In this document: in pieces, positions 39,655 through 48,637 of the stretch | How the letters are laid out: each line of letters starts with the position of its first letter | Numbering within the stretch: the first letter of the stretch is position 1 | Assembly: GCA_965372795.1 (NCBI GenBank) | Contig: CBDVDR010000013.1 | Coordinates: 37,145 to 101,144 of the forward strand | DNA length: 64,000 nt | Direction of reading: 5' to 3' | From: an uncultured bacterium | GTDB lineage: Bacteria > Zixibacteria > MSB-5A5 > GN15 > FEB-12 | Notes under the pieces: model-generated | What the model saw: the letters and a program-made list of their open reading frames with translations, nothing else | Told to the model about the DNA's origin: nothing | Database searches by the model: none | Made by a program: the position numbers and the translations under genes

Positions 39655-40653
39655 ATGAAATTTATAGATTATGTAGAGATTGAAGTTAATGCCGGCAATG
39701 GCGGGCATGGTTGTGTAGCTTTTCATACTGAAAAATTTGTTCCCAAAGGCGGTCCTGATGGCGGCGATGGCGGCCGGGGCGGTAATATAATTGCCGTTGC
39801 TGATAGCCAACTGACCACCCTGCTGGATTTTAGATACAAACGAAAGTACAAAGCAATAAATGGACAACCCGGTAGCGGATCACTTAAAACCGGACGGTCC
39901 GGAAATCATACCTATTTAAAATTACCGGTTGGAACCCTGATTAAAGATTTCGAAACCGGGCAGCTTGTTGCTGATCTTGATATTGCCGGTACGGAAGTTA
40001 TTATCGCCAAAGGCGGCAAAGGCGGACATGGCAATGCCTACTATAAATCGCCCACCAATCAAACTCCCCGCAAAGCTCAGGATGGCGCTTCCGGTGTTAG
40101 CCTGAAAATATCACTTGAATTGAAAATTCTGGCTGATGTTGGCTTGGTCGGTTTACCCAATGCCGGCAAATCCACAATTTTGGCAGCATTTTCTGCTGCC
40201 CGTCCAAAAATCGCCGATTATCCATTCACTACCCTGAAACCGCACCTTGGGATTGTTAAACTGCATGGGTTTAATTCCTGCGTGATGGCTGATATCCCCG
40301 GATTGATCGAAGGCGCCTCGCTTGGTAAAGGGTTGGGACATCAGTTCTTAAAGCATATCCAAAGGACTAAACTGCTGATCTATGTGATCGATATCAATGA
40401 TCTTGATGTCGAAGAAACATATCAGACCCTGAAAGAAGAGTTAGAGAATTTTGATAACAATCTGCTAAACAGACCCACCTTTGTTGCGATAACAAAAGTT
40501 GATACTCTTACAGAAAGTGATCTTAAAGATATTTCCAAAACACTTCCAAATGATTATATTTATATATCAGCAGTAAGCGGGCAGGGTAAAGAAATTTTCA
40601 TTCAGGAAATTGAGCGCAAACTTGGACATAGAAAAGACAAAAAAATATATTAG
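39655..40653 (+). CDS. obgE: GTPase ObgE/CgtA
   Basis: Gly-rich N-domain, GLPNAGKST, DYPFTT, DIPG. Confidence 0.97.
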   Translation: MKFIDYVEIEVNAGNGGHGCVAFHTEKFVPKGGPDGGDGGRGGNIIAVADSQLTTLLDFRYKRKYKAINGQPGSGSLKTGRSGNHTYLKLPVGTLIKDFETGQLVADLDIAGTEVIIAKGGKGGHGNAYYKSPTNQTPRKAQDGASGVSLKISLELKILADVGLVGLPNAGKSTILAAFSAARPKIADYPFTTLKPHLGIVKLHGFNSCVMADIPGLIEGASLGKGLGHQFLKHIQRTKLLIYVIDINDLDVEETYQTLKEELENFDNNLLNRPTFVAITKVDTLTESDLKDISKTLPNDYIYISAVSGQGKEIFIQEIERKLGHRKDKKIY

Positions 40654-41737
40654 CTCAATCATCGCACTCCTCAAAATTCCGGGTGTGGGACGAGGTCGAT
40701 ATAGTAAATTAGTCAGGCATTTCAAAATACCGATGAATGTAATCAATGCCTCGATTGATGAACTTGAGACTGTACCTAATATTTCCCGCAATATCGCTTC
40801 GGCTATAAAATCTAAAATAAATTTAGACGAGGCGGAAAATATTACTGATAAAATTATTTCAATGGGCTGGACAATTCTTTATCCGGGTCATCCCGAATAT
40901 CCGCCGCAGCTGGATAATATTGCTTCAAAACCACCATTGTTGTTTAGAATCGGAAAACCGATTCTCCCTGATGAAAAGGTTGTTGCTATTGTCGGTACAA
41001 GAAGTTGCTCCGACAAAGGGAAAAATTTCGCTTTTCAATTAGCAATTTCATTAGCAAAAGAGGATATCACTGTGGTTTCAGGGCTTGCAGAAGGAATAGA
41101 CACCAAAGCTCATCAAGGTGCCCTTGAGGGAAACGGGCGAACAATTGCAGTTTTGGGCAATGCCCTTGATATTCTCTACCCCCCATCAAACCGCTCCCTT
41201 ACTGATAAAATCAAAGAGCACGGAACTCTATATTCTGAATATCTACCCGGTGACGGTCCCGAAAGAGCATATTTCCCCGAGCGAAACCGAATTATTTCAG
41301 GGCTTTCCTGCGGAGTTGTTGTTGTCGAAGCTGGTGAAAAATCAGGTGCGTTAATAACTGCCTCCCATGCCCTGGACCAGAATCGAGAACTTTTTGCTGT
41401 CCCGGGAGCGCCAAATAACCGAACCTCGACCGGAACCAACCGCCTAATAAAAAGCGGGGCAAGATTGTTGACTTCGGTTGAAGATATTTTCGAAGACCTC
41501 CCCCGACTAAAAGGCGGTTTTAAACCTAAAAAATACACTCAAAAGACAAATATCACCGACACCGAAAGAAAAATAATTGAACTTTTTAAGTCCGAACCGC
41601 TACAAATTGATTATATTTCTCGCCTTGTTAAACTGCCGGTTCGAGATCTACATGAATACTTGCTGGCATTGGAATTAAAAGGAGTGATTCGGGAAGTCTC
41701 TGGAAAGAGATTTGTTTTATCAGAAGAATATCTATGA
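40610..41737 (+). CDS. dprA: DNA-processing protein DprA (exact start uncertain)
   Basis: AIVGTR, VSGLAEGID, FPERNRIISGLS, SGALITA. Confidence 0.95.
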   Translation: MSANLDIEKTKKYISSIIALLKIPGVGRGRYSKLVRHFKIPMNVINASIDELETVPNISRNIASAIKSKINLDEAENITDKIISMGWTILYPGHPEYPPQLDNIASKPPLLFRIGKPILPDEKVVAIVGTRSCSDKGKNFAFQLAISLAKEDITVVSGLAEGIDTKAHQGALEGNGRTIAVLGNALDILYPPSNRSLTDKIKEHGTLYSEYLPGDGPERAYFPERNRIISGLSCGVVVVEAGEKSGALITASHALDQNRELFAVPGAPNNRTSTGTNRLIKSGARLLTSVEDIFEDLPRLKGGFKPKKYTQKTNITDTERKIIELFKSEPLQIDYISRLVKLPVRDLHEYLLALELKGVIREVSGKRFVLSEEYL

Positions 41738-42003
41738 TTAAGAAAACAACACAAATTGTAAATAGTCTTGGGCTTCATGCCCGCCCCTCTGCTTTGCTGG
41801 TAACCACAGCCTCTAAATTTCAAGCGGAAGTCTATTTCACTAAGGACGGTTTGAGAGTTAATGGTAAGTCAATTATGGGTGTAATGATGCTCGCGGCTGA
41901 AAATGGCTCTGATATTCTGATTGAAGTTGACGGTACTGATGAAAATGATGCTCTTGAGGCTTTAATCGAAGTAATTCAATCTGGTTTTGGCGAAAACAAA
42001 TGA
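41734..42003 (+). CDS. ptsH: Phosphocarrier protein HPr
   Basis: GLHARP (His15), NGKSIMGVMML (Ser46). Confidence 0.95.
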   Translation: MIKKTTQIVNSLGLHARPSALLVTTASKFQAEVYFTKDGLRVNGKSIMGVMMLAAENGSDILIEVDGTDENDALEALIEVIQSGFGENK

Positions 42004-42080
42004 ATTAAACTTGCCTTAGATAGTATACTTTCTTTTCTTACACTCCAGTAAAATATAAAAAATTTAGGTATTACAAGCTG

Positions 42081-43844
42081 ATGTTAAGTAAGAGAAAATT
42101 ACTAAAAGGGACGGCGATATCCCCGGGAATTATAATCGGGCATACCCGTATAATTGCTCCCGGTGTTATGGAAATACCGGAACTTGTCATACCATCTTCT
42201 CACATAAATAACGAAATCAATTCCCTTGATAAAGCGATTGCCAGTACCGTTGAAGAATTAACCGTATTACGGGATTCCGCCGGTAAAAAAATGGGCGGAG
42301 CAGTTGCCAAAATATTTGATGCTCAATTGATGATTGCCGGTGATATTGAGTTTTTAAAACAGGTTAAAGGTGAAATTGTAAATAAGAAACGTAACGCCGG
42401 ATATATTTTTCAAACTCTCGTCCAAAACACGACTCTGCCATTAAAAAATTCAACTGATACCTATATGCAGCAAATGGCAAAAGATATTGAGGCTGTTTCA
42501 TCAAAAGTATTAACTCATTTAAGCGGTACTGAGCGTTCCGGTCACCGATTTGCCCCCAACACAATTTTAGTCAGTAAATTTTTCTCACCGGGAGAGATTT
42601 TAAATTATCGCCAGAGAAAAGCTATCGGTTTCATCGTCTCAGAAGGCGGGAAAAATTCACACATGGCTCTTATTGCCCGGGCGATGATGCTTCCGACGGT
42701 CATGGTTGAAAATATCTGGACAAAAATAAATAACGATTGTGATATTATTGTCGATGGTTCCGAAGGTCTAATTATTGTTAATCCTTCTGATGAAGACCTG
42801 ATTGAATATCAAAAAAGAAAAAAGAAACAGGGACCGACGACAATCAAGCGTATAAAAAAACTTACCCCCTTCCCCCCTGTTACCAAAGATAAACAACCGG
42901 TGAGTATTGCCTCAAATCTTTCGTTCCCCGGTCCGGCTGATGATATCCTTGCCGATCAGAATATTCCGGTAGGATTATACCGAACAGAATTTTTATATCT
43001 GGCGAATGAATATTTCCCTGATGAAGAAACTCAGTTTGAACATTACAATAATATTGCTCAAAAATTTTCCGATACGAGTGTCATCTTTAGAACTTTTGAC
43101 CTTGGCTATGATAAACTAATTTCACAAAGTTATTGGCCCGAAGAAGACAATCCGGCTCTGGGCTGGCGTGGAATCCGTCCAATGCTTGAAATGACCAATA
43201 TTTTTAAAACTCAAATTAGAGCCATCTTAAGAGCTTCTACTTTAAGAAATGTCAAAATCATGCTGCCGATGATATGTGATTTGACCGAGTTTCTTAAAGC
43301 TAAAAAAATGATCTCTCAGGTAAAGTTTGCCCTGCGGAAAGAAAAAATAGATTTTGATCATGATATCGAAATCGGCATTATGGTTGAGATTCCATCAGCA
43401 GCTATTTCTGCTGATCTTATTGCCCAAAAAGTAGATTTTATCTCTATTGGTACCAATGACCTGACCCAATATACGCTGGCAGCTGACAGGTTGAATAGTA
43501 AAGTTGCCAATTTATACAATCCTTTACATCCAACGGTCCTCAAACTTATTAAAATGACGGTTGAGGCTTGTAAAAAGCATGGAAAACCGGTAGCAGTATG
43601 CGGCGAAATCGCCGGCGACCCCATTGCTTTACCGCTGTTTATCGGTATGGGAATAGATCAATTATCAATGAGCCCGAATAAAATATTTGATATTTGCAGA
43701 TTAGTTAAAAAAATTGATTCGCAACTGGCAAAACATTTCGTAAACTCTGTGATGGCAAGCTCAACTATAAAAGAAGTCATGGAGAAATTAAATACTTATA
43801 ATCTCACTTTTGATAAACAAAAAACCTTAACTGTAGGAAATTAA
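42081..43844 (+). CDS. ptsI: PTS enzyme I
   Basis: SHMALIAR, GLYRTEF, NPALGWRGIR, SIGTNDLTQY, CGE. Confidence 0.93.
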   Translation: MLSKRKLLKGTAISPGIIIGHTRIIAPGVMEIPELVIPSSHINNEINSLDKAIASTVEELTVLRDSAGKKMGGAVAKIFDAQLMIAGDIEFLKQVKGEIVNKKRNAGYIFQTLVQNTTLPLKNSTDTYMQQMAKDIEAVSSKVLTHLSGTERSGHRFAPNTILVSKFFSPGEILNYRQRKAIGFIVSEGGKNSHMALIARAMMLPTVMVENIWTKINNDCDIIVDGSEGLIIVNPSDEDLIEYQKRKKKQGPTTIKRIKKLTPFPPVTKDKQPVSIASNLSFPGPADDILADQNIPVGLYRTEFLYLANEYFPDEETQFEHYNNIAQKFSDTSVIFRTFDLGYDKLISQSYWPEEDNPALGWRGIRPMLEMTNIFKTQIRAILRASTLRNVKIMLPMICDLTEFLKAKKMISQVKFALRKEKIDFDHDIEIGIMVEIPSAAISADLIAQKVDFISIGTNDLTQYTLAADRLNSKVANLYNPLHPTVLKLIKMTVEACKKHGKPVAVCGEIAGDPIALPLFIGMGIDQLSMSPNKIFDICRLVKKIDSQLAKHFVNSVMASSTIKEVMEKLNTYNLTFDKQKTLTVGN

Positions 43845-43848
43845 TAAA

Positions 43849-44928
43849 TTGACATTGCTTAATGATGTAGAAAAAATCAGAGAACTCGATCCAGGTAATA
43901 TGTATAACAGCATTTTTGATTTACCGGAGCATATGGAAAATGCACTAAAAATATGTAAGAAATGGAAAATCAATCCGGATGATTTTTCTGATATTAAAAA
44001 TGTGGTTGTTGTAGGAATGGGTGGGTCAGCTATAGGTGGCGATCTGGTGCGATCATATCTTAATGCTAAGATCATGGTTCCGTTTCATGTTTGCCGACAC
44101 TATAATCTGCCAGAATTTGTCGATGATGAAACCCTCGTTATCGTCTCATCGTACAGTGGCAACACCGAAGAAACACTTTCTGCAGTTGACGATGCCCTGA
44201 CACGCAAGGCGATGATTGCTGCTGTCTCAACCGGTGGGATGTTAAACGAAGTTGCTGAACTTAACCAAATCCCAATTGCTATATTGCCTGAAGGAATGCA
44301 GCCTCGTGCAGCCCTGGGATATTCTTTCACACCGCTGTTATATTTGCTGGAAAAAGTCGGGCTGGTAAAAGATGTTGTAAGTGAACTAAAAACTACAACG
44401 GCAAAATTGAAACTATTCCGCGAAAACTATATCGAAGATATTTCAGTTGATAAAAACATGCCCAAAAAACTTGCTGAAAGAATTCAAGGCAAAATCCCGA
44501 TTATCTATTCCGGACCGACAATAACTGACGTTGTTGGATTTCGATGGAAATGCCAAATATGCGAAAACAGCAAGATCCTTGCATTTAATAACCAGTTTGC
44601 CGAGTTTAACCATAACGAATTGGTGGGATGGTCAGAAAAGATTGAAGAAAAAGGCGAACATCTGGTCGTGTTGATGCTTCGGGACTTTGATGATATGGAT
44701 CAGATCAAAGCACGAATGGATATTGTAAAAGAAATTATTGAAGCTCTTAATGTGGAAGTAATTGAAATTTATTCCCGCGGTGACTCGGTCCTGGAAAGAA
44801 TGTTTAGCTTAATCCAGATCGGTGATTTTGCTTCGTATTATCTCGCTATCCTAACTAATACAGATCCTTCTCCCGTTAATATTATTGATTATTTAAAAGA
44901 CTCGATTAGTGATTTAAAAAAGAAATAA
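43849..44928 (+). CDS. Bifunctional phosphoglucose/phosphomannose isomerase
   Basis: GMGGSAIGGD, SYSGNTEET, QPRAALG, ENSK, EFNHNE. Confidence 0.9.
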   Translation: MTLLNDVEKIRELDPGNMYNSIFDLPEHMENALKICKKWKINPDDFSDIKNVVVVGMGGSAIGGDLVRSYLNAKIMVPFHVCRHYNLPEFVDDETLVIVSSYSGNTEETLSAVDDALTRKAMIAAVSTGGMLNEVAELNQIPIAILPEGMQPRAALGYSFTPLLYLLEKVGLVKDVVSELKTTTAKLKLFRENYIEDISVDKNMPKKLAERIQGKIPIIYSGPTITDVVGFRWKCQICENSKILAFNNQFAEFNHNELVGWSEKIEEKGEHLVVLMLRDFDDMDQIKARMDIVKEIIEALNVEVIEIYSRGDSVLERMFSLIQIGDFASYYLAILTNTDPSPVNIIDYLKDSISDLKKK

Positions 44929-44942
44929 TTTTTTTGTAAATT

Positions 44943-44973
44943 AAAGCCTGTTATAAATTAACAGGCTTTTTTT
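44943..44973 (+). terminator. Intrinsic terminator
   Basis: AAAGCCTGTTA/TAACAGGCTTT stem plus T-run. Confidence 0.85.
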
Positions 44974-44999
44974 ATCACATTTCTCTTCTTAAAAACCAA

Positions 45000-45028
45000 T
45001 TGACAGCATACGATAAGTATGTTATTTT
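45000..45028 (+). promoter_or_regulatory. Sigma70-type promoter of the peptide-activator operon
   Basis: TTGACA-17 nt-TATTTT. Spacer contains palindrome CATAC-gataa-GTATG. Confidence 0.6.
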
Positions 45029-45140
45029 AAAATAGATTAGGAAAGGTCGTACAAGATCTCAAACCTACTATTTCTGTATCCGCCAAAAATTGAAAAGTAA
45101 ATACACATAATAGACACATTTTAAAAAATGGGAGTGTTGT

Positions 45141-45521
45141 ATGAAGTATTTTGTATCACTGTTGATACTGGTATTATTCCTTACTGTCCCTTGGAATACT
45201 GCTGTATCCAAAATGCATCCAGACACCTATAAAGATTTACTTCGCCCGGATGGCGACGATCATCCTTGGGGTGGTGAAGAAGTAACAAACCCGGATGATT
45301 TCCTTAAATCAATTGATGAACCGGCTATTCCGATCTATACCGGTTATCTTATCCTCGACTTTGCTTTTAATAAACTTTTCAGACCTGTAATTTTACAGAT
45401 CAGAAACGATGTGATAAATACTCCCAGCCAGGAGAAACAAATCACAGTTAACACCTATTCACCAAATAGAGATTATCAACCTGTAAGCACAAGTGGAACA
45501 TATGAGGGTAAAGGTAATTAA
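45141..45521 (+). CDS. Small secreted protein, candidate signal propeptide
   Basis: GGGAG RBS, Sec-type signal peptide, low-complexity mature part with GDDHPWGGE. Stop is 2 nt before the activator ATG. Confidence 0.7.
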   Translation: MKYFVSLLILVLFLTVPWNTAVSKMHPDTYKDLLRPDGDDHPWGGEEVTNPDDFLKSIDEPAIPIYTGYLILDFAFNKLFRPVILQIRNDVINTPSQEKQITVNTYSPNRDYQPVSTSGTYEGKGN

Positions 45522-45523
45522 AC

Positions 45524-47773
45524 ATGAAATTAGCTAAAAGCACTGAATCAGAATTCTGTGAAGCTATGGCTCATTATATTGAGTCGTTGATAGCCAAACG
45601 GGATTTTTCAGGTGTTATTAGATATTATCAGGATAATTGTAATGATATCGATAACGCCGGAAATATCACGGCAGGATCGATTCTTCGCAACATTGCTATT
45701 GCTCACGCTTCCTTACATGATTACCAGATTGCACTAAAAAATATCAGACTTGCTCAAAATCTCATTGTCCGTGATGGTGACAGCATTGTTCTTGCTGAAA
45801 CTTTCATGACTCTTGGAGGAATTCTAAGAGACAGCAATGAGCTTAAGGAAGCGGAAAAAGCATTTCGCGATGCGGAATCGATTTTCCGTCGCAATGACAG
45901 CTTAGACGGCCAAAGTAGAGCATTGAACCTTCTTGCCGGTTTATTTTACCGACAAAATGATTTCAGAAATGCTCTGTCTGTACTTATGGACGCGGTTGAA
46001 ATTGCAGAAAAAACAAACGACCATAAAAAGCTTGCCTTCATGATGGGCAACCTTGGAAGAATTTATTCTTTCACTGGAAATTTCAAAGATGCAAAAAAGA
46101 ATTTGCTCATCAATATCGATCTTTCCAAAGAACTGGGCGATCAATTAGAAACTGCTCGCGCCAGAATGTCCTATGGATATATTTGTATCCAGGAAGGCTC
46201 TTACAAAGAAGCCGATGAAATTCTAAACAAAGCCTTGAAAGCGACCATCTCTTTAAAATCCGGAAGAGATGAAGTTATGTGTCTGACATACATGGGTGAA
46301 TCATATTACCAGCAAAAGTTATATGAACAATCCCATATAACTTTAAACAAGGCTCTTTATCTGTCAGAAGCCATTTCACCTGACTCGACCATGACTGCCA
46401 GAATACGCAGACATCTGGCCGAATTAAATATCAGACAAAAGAATTTCCGAATAGCTCAGAGATTAACCAACAAGGCTATGCCAGTCATGAAAAAACACCA
46501 TGTCTTAGTGGAGATTGGTGCGCTATGGAAAATTCTTGCCCAGATCGCTGATGAAAATGGCGATCATGATAAAACGAACAGTTATTTCAGCAAAGCTTTT
46601 GAAATGCTGGACAAATCATCCGTCCGCTTTGAAAAGGTGGATGCATTAAAAGCTGCCGGATGTTGCCAAACATTTAACACTAAAAAACGGCTGACTTATC
46701 TTTTCCGGGCTGAAGAATTTTATTCGGGCAACAACCTCGTATCTAAACAGAATGAAGTTGCAAAACTTATTCAGGATACTGATCAGGAAGTTTCTATTTA
46801 TCGGAGTAAGTCTCCGAACAAAAATATTCTTCCCAAAAAGATTGATTATATCTCAAATAATAAAGAGATCAAAAGGTTCAAATCTCAATTGCCCTTGATT
46901 GGCAAAAGTGACATTCCAATCCTGATAACGGGAGAAACCGGAGTCGGAAAAGACCATATGGCAAAATATTTCCATTCTCTGGTTCGCAGTGATCGCCCCT
47001 TTAAGGCTATCAACTGTACTTCTATCCCGGAATCACTAATGGAATCCGAACTTTTCGGCTTTAAGAAAGGCGCTTTTACCGGCGCAGTAGCTGACAAGGA
47101 AGGACATTTTGTCTCTGCCGACGGTGGAATTTTATTTCTGGATGAAATTGGTGATATGCCGCTTTTATTACAGGCAAAACTTCTCCGTGTCCTTGAAGAC
47201 AGAAAGGTACTTCCCTTAGGATCTACAAAGGAAATAGAGATTGATGTCGTACTCGTTACGGCTACTAACCAAAATCTTCTTCAAATGGTTGAGGAAGGTA
47301 AATTTAGAAGAGATTTATATTTCCGTATAAGTGCGATCACTTTTGAGATTCCTCCCCTAAGAAAACGCACGGAGGATATTCCTCTTTTATTAAATTATTT
47401 CATGAAGCATAGCAAGCTCTTCAAAGAAGGGGAACCTCTCCCCTCAGAACTTGTGCACCAGTTCATTCAATATGAATGGCCCGGTAATATTCGTGAAATG
47501 GCAAACAAGATCAAACGTCTTGAAATTATGTCTGAACTCGTTGCCGAAGGTGACCTGGTCGAACTTTCAAGAACGATCTTTGTATCTGAAGAAATTGAAC
47601 AACCAATCGGTTTGTTTGAACGGGTCGAAACGTTCGAACGAAAATTGATTGTTGAAGCTCTATTGGCGGCTCGTGGAAATAAATCGGAAGCTGCCCGTAT
47701 TTTAGGTATTCATGAGGCAACTGTTCGTACGAAACTTAAACGGTACGGCATAAACCTTGATCGAATTCATTAA
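45524..47773 (+). CDS. TPR-domain sigma54-dependent enhancer-binding protein
   Basis: N-terminal TPR array. GETGVGKD, ESELFG..KGAFTGA, LFLDEIG, RRDLYFR, WPGNIRE, Fis-type HTH. No receiver domain. Confidence 0.93.
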   Translation: MKLAKSTESEFCEAMAHYIESLIAKRDFSGVIRYYQDNCNDIDNAGNITAGSILRNIAIAHASLHDYQIALKNIRLAQNLIVRDGDSIVLAETFMTLGGILRDSNELKEAEKAFRDAESIFRRNDSLDGQSRALNLLAGLFYRQNDFRNALSVLMDAVEIAEKTNDHKKLAFMMGNLGRIYSFTGNFKDAKKNLLINIDLSKELGDQLETARARMSYGYICIQEGSYKEADEILNKALKATISLKSGRDEVMCLTYMGESYYQQKLYEQSHITLNKALYLSEAISPDSTMTARIRRHLAELNIRQKNFRIAQRLTNKAMPVMKKHHVLVEIGALWKILAQIADENGDHDKTNSYFSKAFEMLDKSSVRFEKVDALKAAGCCQTFNTKKRLTYLFRAEEFYSGNNLVSKQNEVAKLIQDTDQEVSIYRSKSPNKNILPKKIDYISNNKEIKRFKSQLPLIGKSDIPILITGETGVGKDHMAKYFHSLVRSDRPFKAINCTSIPESLMESELFGFKKGAFTGAVADKEGHFVSADGGILFLDEIGDMPLLLQAKLLRVLEDRKVLPLGSTKEIEIDVVLVTATNQNLLQMVEEGKFRRDLYFRISAITFEIPPLRKRTEDIPLLLNYFMKHSKLFKEGEPLPSELVHQFIQYEWPGNIREMANKIKRLEIMSELVAEGDLVELSRTIFVSEEIEQPIGLFERVETFERKLIVEALLAARGNKSEAARILGIHEATVRTKLKRYGINLDRIH
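47746..47761 (+). promoter_or_regulatory. Sigma54 -24/-12 promoter inside the activator gene 3' end
   Basis: CGGCAT-AAACC-TTGAT, correct spacing, close to the copy at 48119. The -12 box is the GA variant. Confidence 0.5.
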
Positions 47774-47885
47774 AATACAATTAAGATGTCGGGACCGGGT
47801 ATAGCCAGTCCGGTCTCGATGTGTATACTTATACACTCCTTGGTTAGCGGTATGTGTCTCACCAGTGCATACCGCTTTTTTATTT
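47772..47885 (+). ncRNA. Candidate sRNA 1 (or structured 3' UTR)
   Basis: Long hairpin 47786-47822, ACACTCCTTGGT anti-SD-like segment, terminator AGCGGTATG/CATACCGCT plus T6. Confidence 0.5.
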
Positions 47886-48005
47886 ATAATAAAGTTATCA
47901 AATAAAATTTATATATCGTATCTATGGTATGACAAAGCAAAATATTGTGCATCATGCATATATTGAATAGTCACAATAGGTTACATAGTTATTAACAGTA
48001 CCAGC

Positions 48006-48021
48006 TCGTATTGACATACGA
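48006..48021. promoter_or_regulatory. Candidate upstream activator sequence
   Basis: TCGTA-ttgaca-TACGA palindrome about 130 bp upstream of the predicted start. IHF-like CATTAACCACTTA at 48077-48089. Confidence 0.4.
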
Positions 48022-48118
48022 ATTACAAATCTAAAATAGTTCAACCGATCAGACATCCAAACATTAACTTGTTTAACATTAACCACTTATTCGCATGATG
48101 CAATCGTATTTATGCCTG

Positions 48119-48134
48119 TGGCATAAAGTTTGCT
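48119..48134 (+). promoter_or_regulatory. Sigma54 -24/-12 promoter
   Basis: TGGCAT-AAAGT-TTGCT, near-consensus TGGCAC-N5-TTGCW. Confidence 0.8.
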
Positions 48135-48143
48135 GTATATCAC

Positions 48144-48240
48144 AGTGTCATTTTACTCTCTAAGCGCTGTTGTCGTGCTTGGTTATATCTTCTCTTTGGT
48201 GAAACCACCCACATTCGAGGGGAGTGTGGGTGGTCTTTTT
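48144..48240 (+). ncRNA. Candidate sigma54-dependent sRNA 2 (~95 nt)
   Basis: Between the sigma54 promoter and terminator ACCACCCACATTC/GAGTGTGGGTGGT-CTTTTT. No credible ORF. Internal hairpin CTAAGCGC/GTGCTTGG. Confidence 0.7.
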
Positions 48241-48637
48241 ATATTTATTCAATAATTTATATTTTTACCCGCACGGCAAGAATACCGTACGGGCGTATGC
48301 ATCCCCCAATATCTCACATCTTTGTGGCTCTCAGCTGAATCCTTTCAGCACATCAGCGGTTATTTATATAATCAGGTGAGGATATTTTTTCTTAATCGGA
48401 AAACATTTGGTATGGCAGTATATGGGATTTTTTTAATAGATTAAAATGAACTATTATCGTATCTATATAATAAATAACCTATAATCATGGATACGTCAAG
48501 CAATAAAACTATTATTATAGACAAACGTATATTATGCGTTATTGGCATTAATAAGTCCCAAAACTTTTGTTGCTTATAATCAGGTAAAATTATATCTCTA
48601 AGCATCAAAATATTTACATTCAATTAATGGAGTAGTT

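Noticed and set aside
48441..48623. 60-aa minus-strand ORF as partner peptide
   Set aside because: AT-rich, overlaps the putP upstream region, no convincing RBS or motif.
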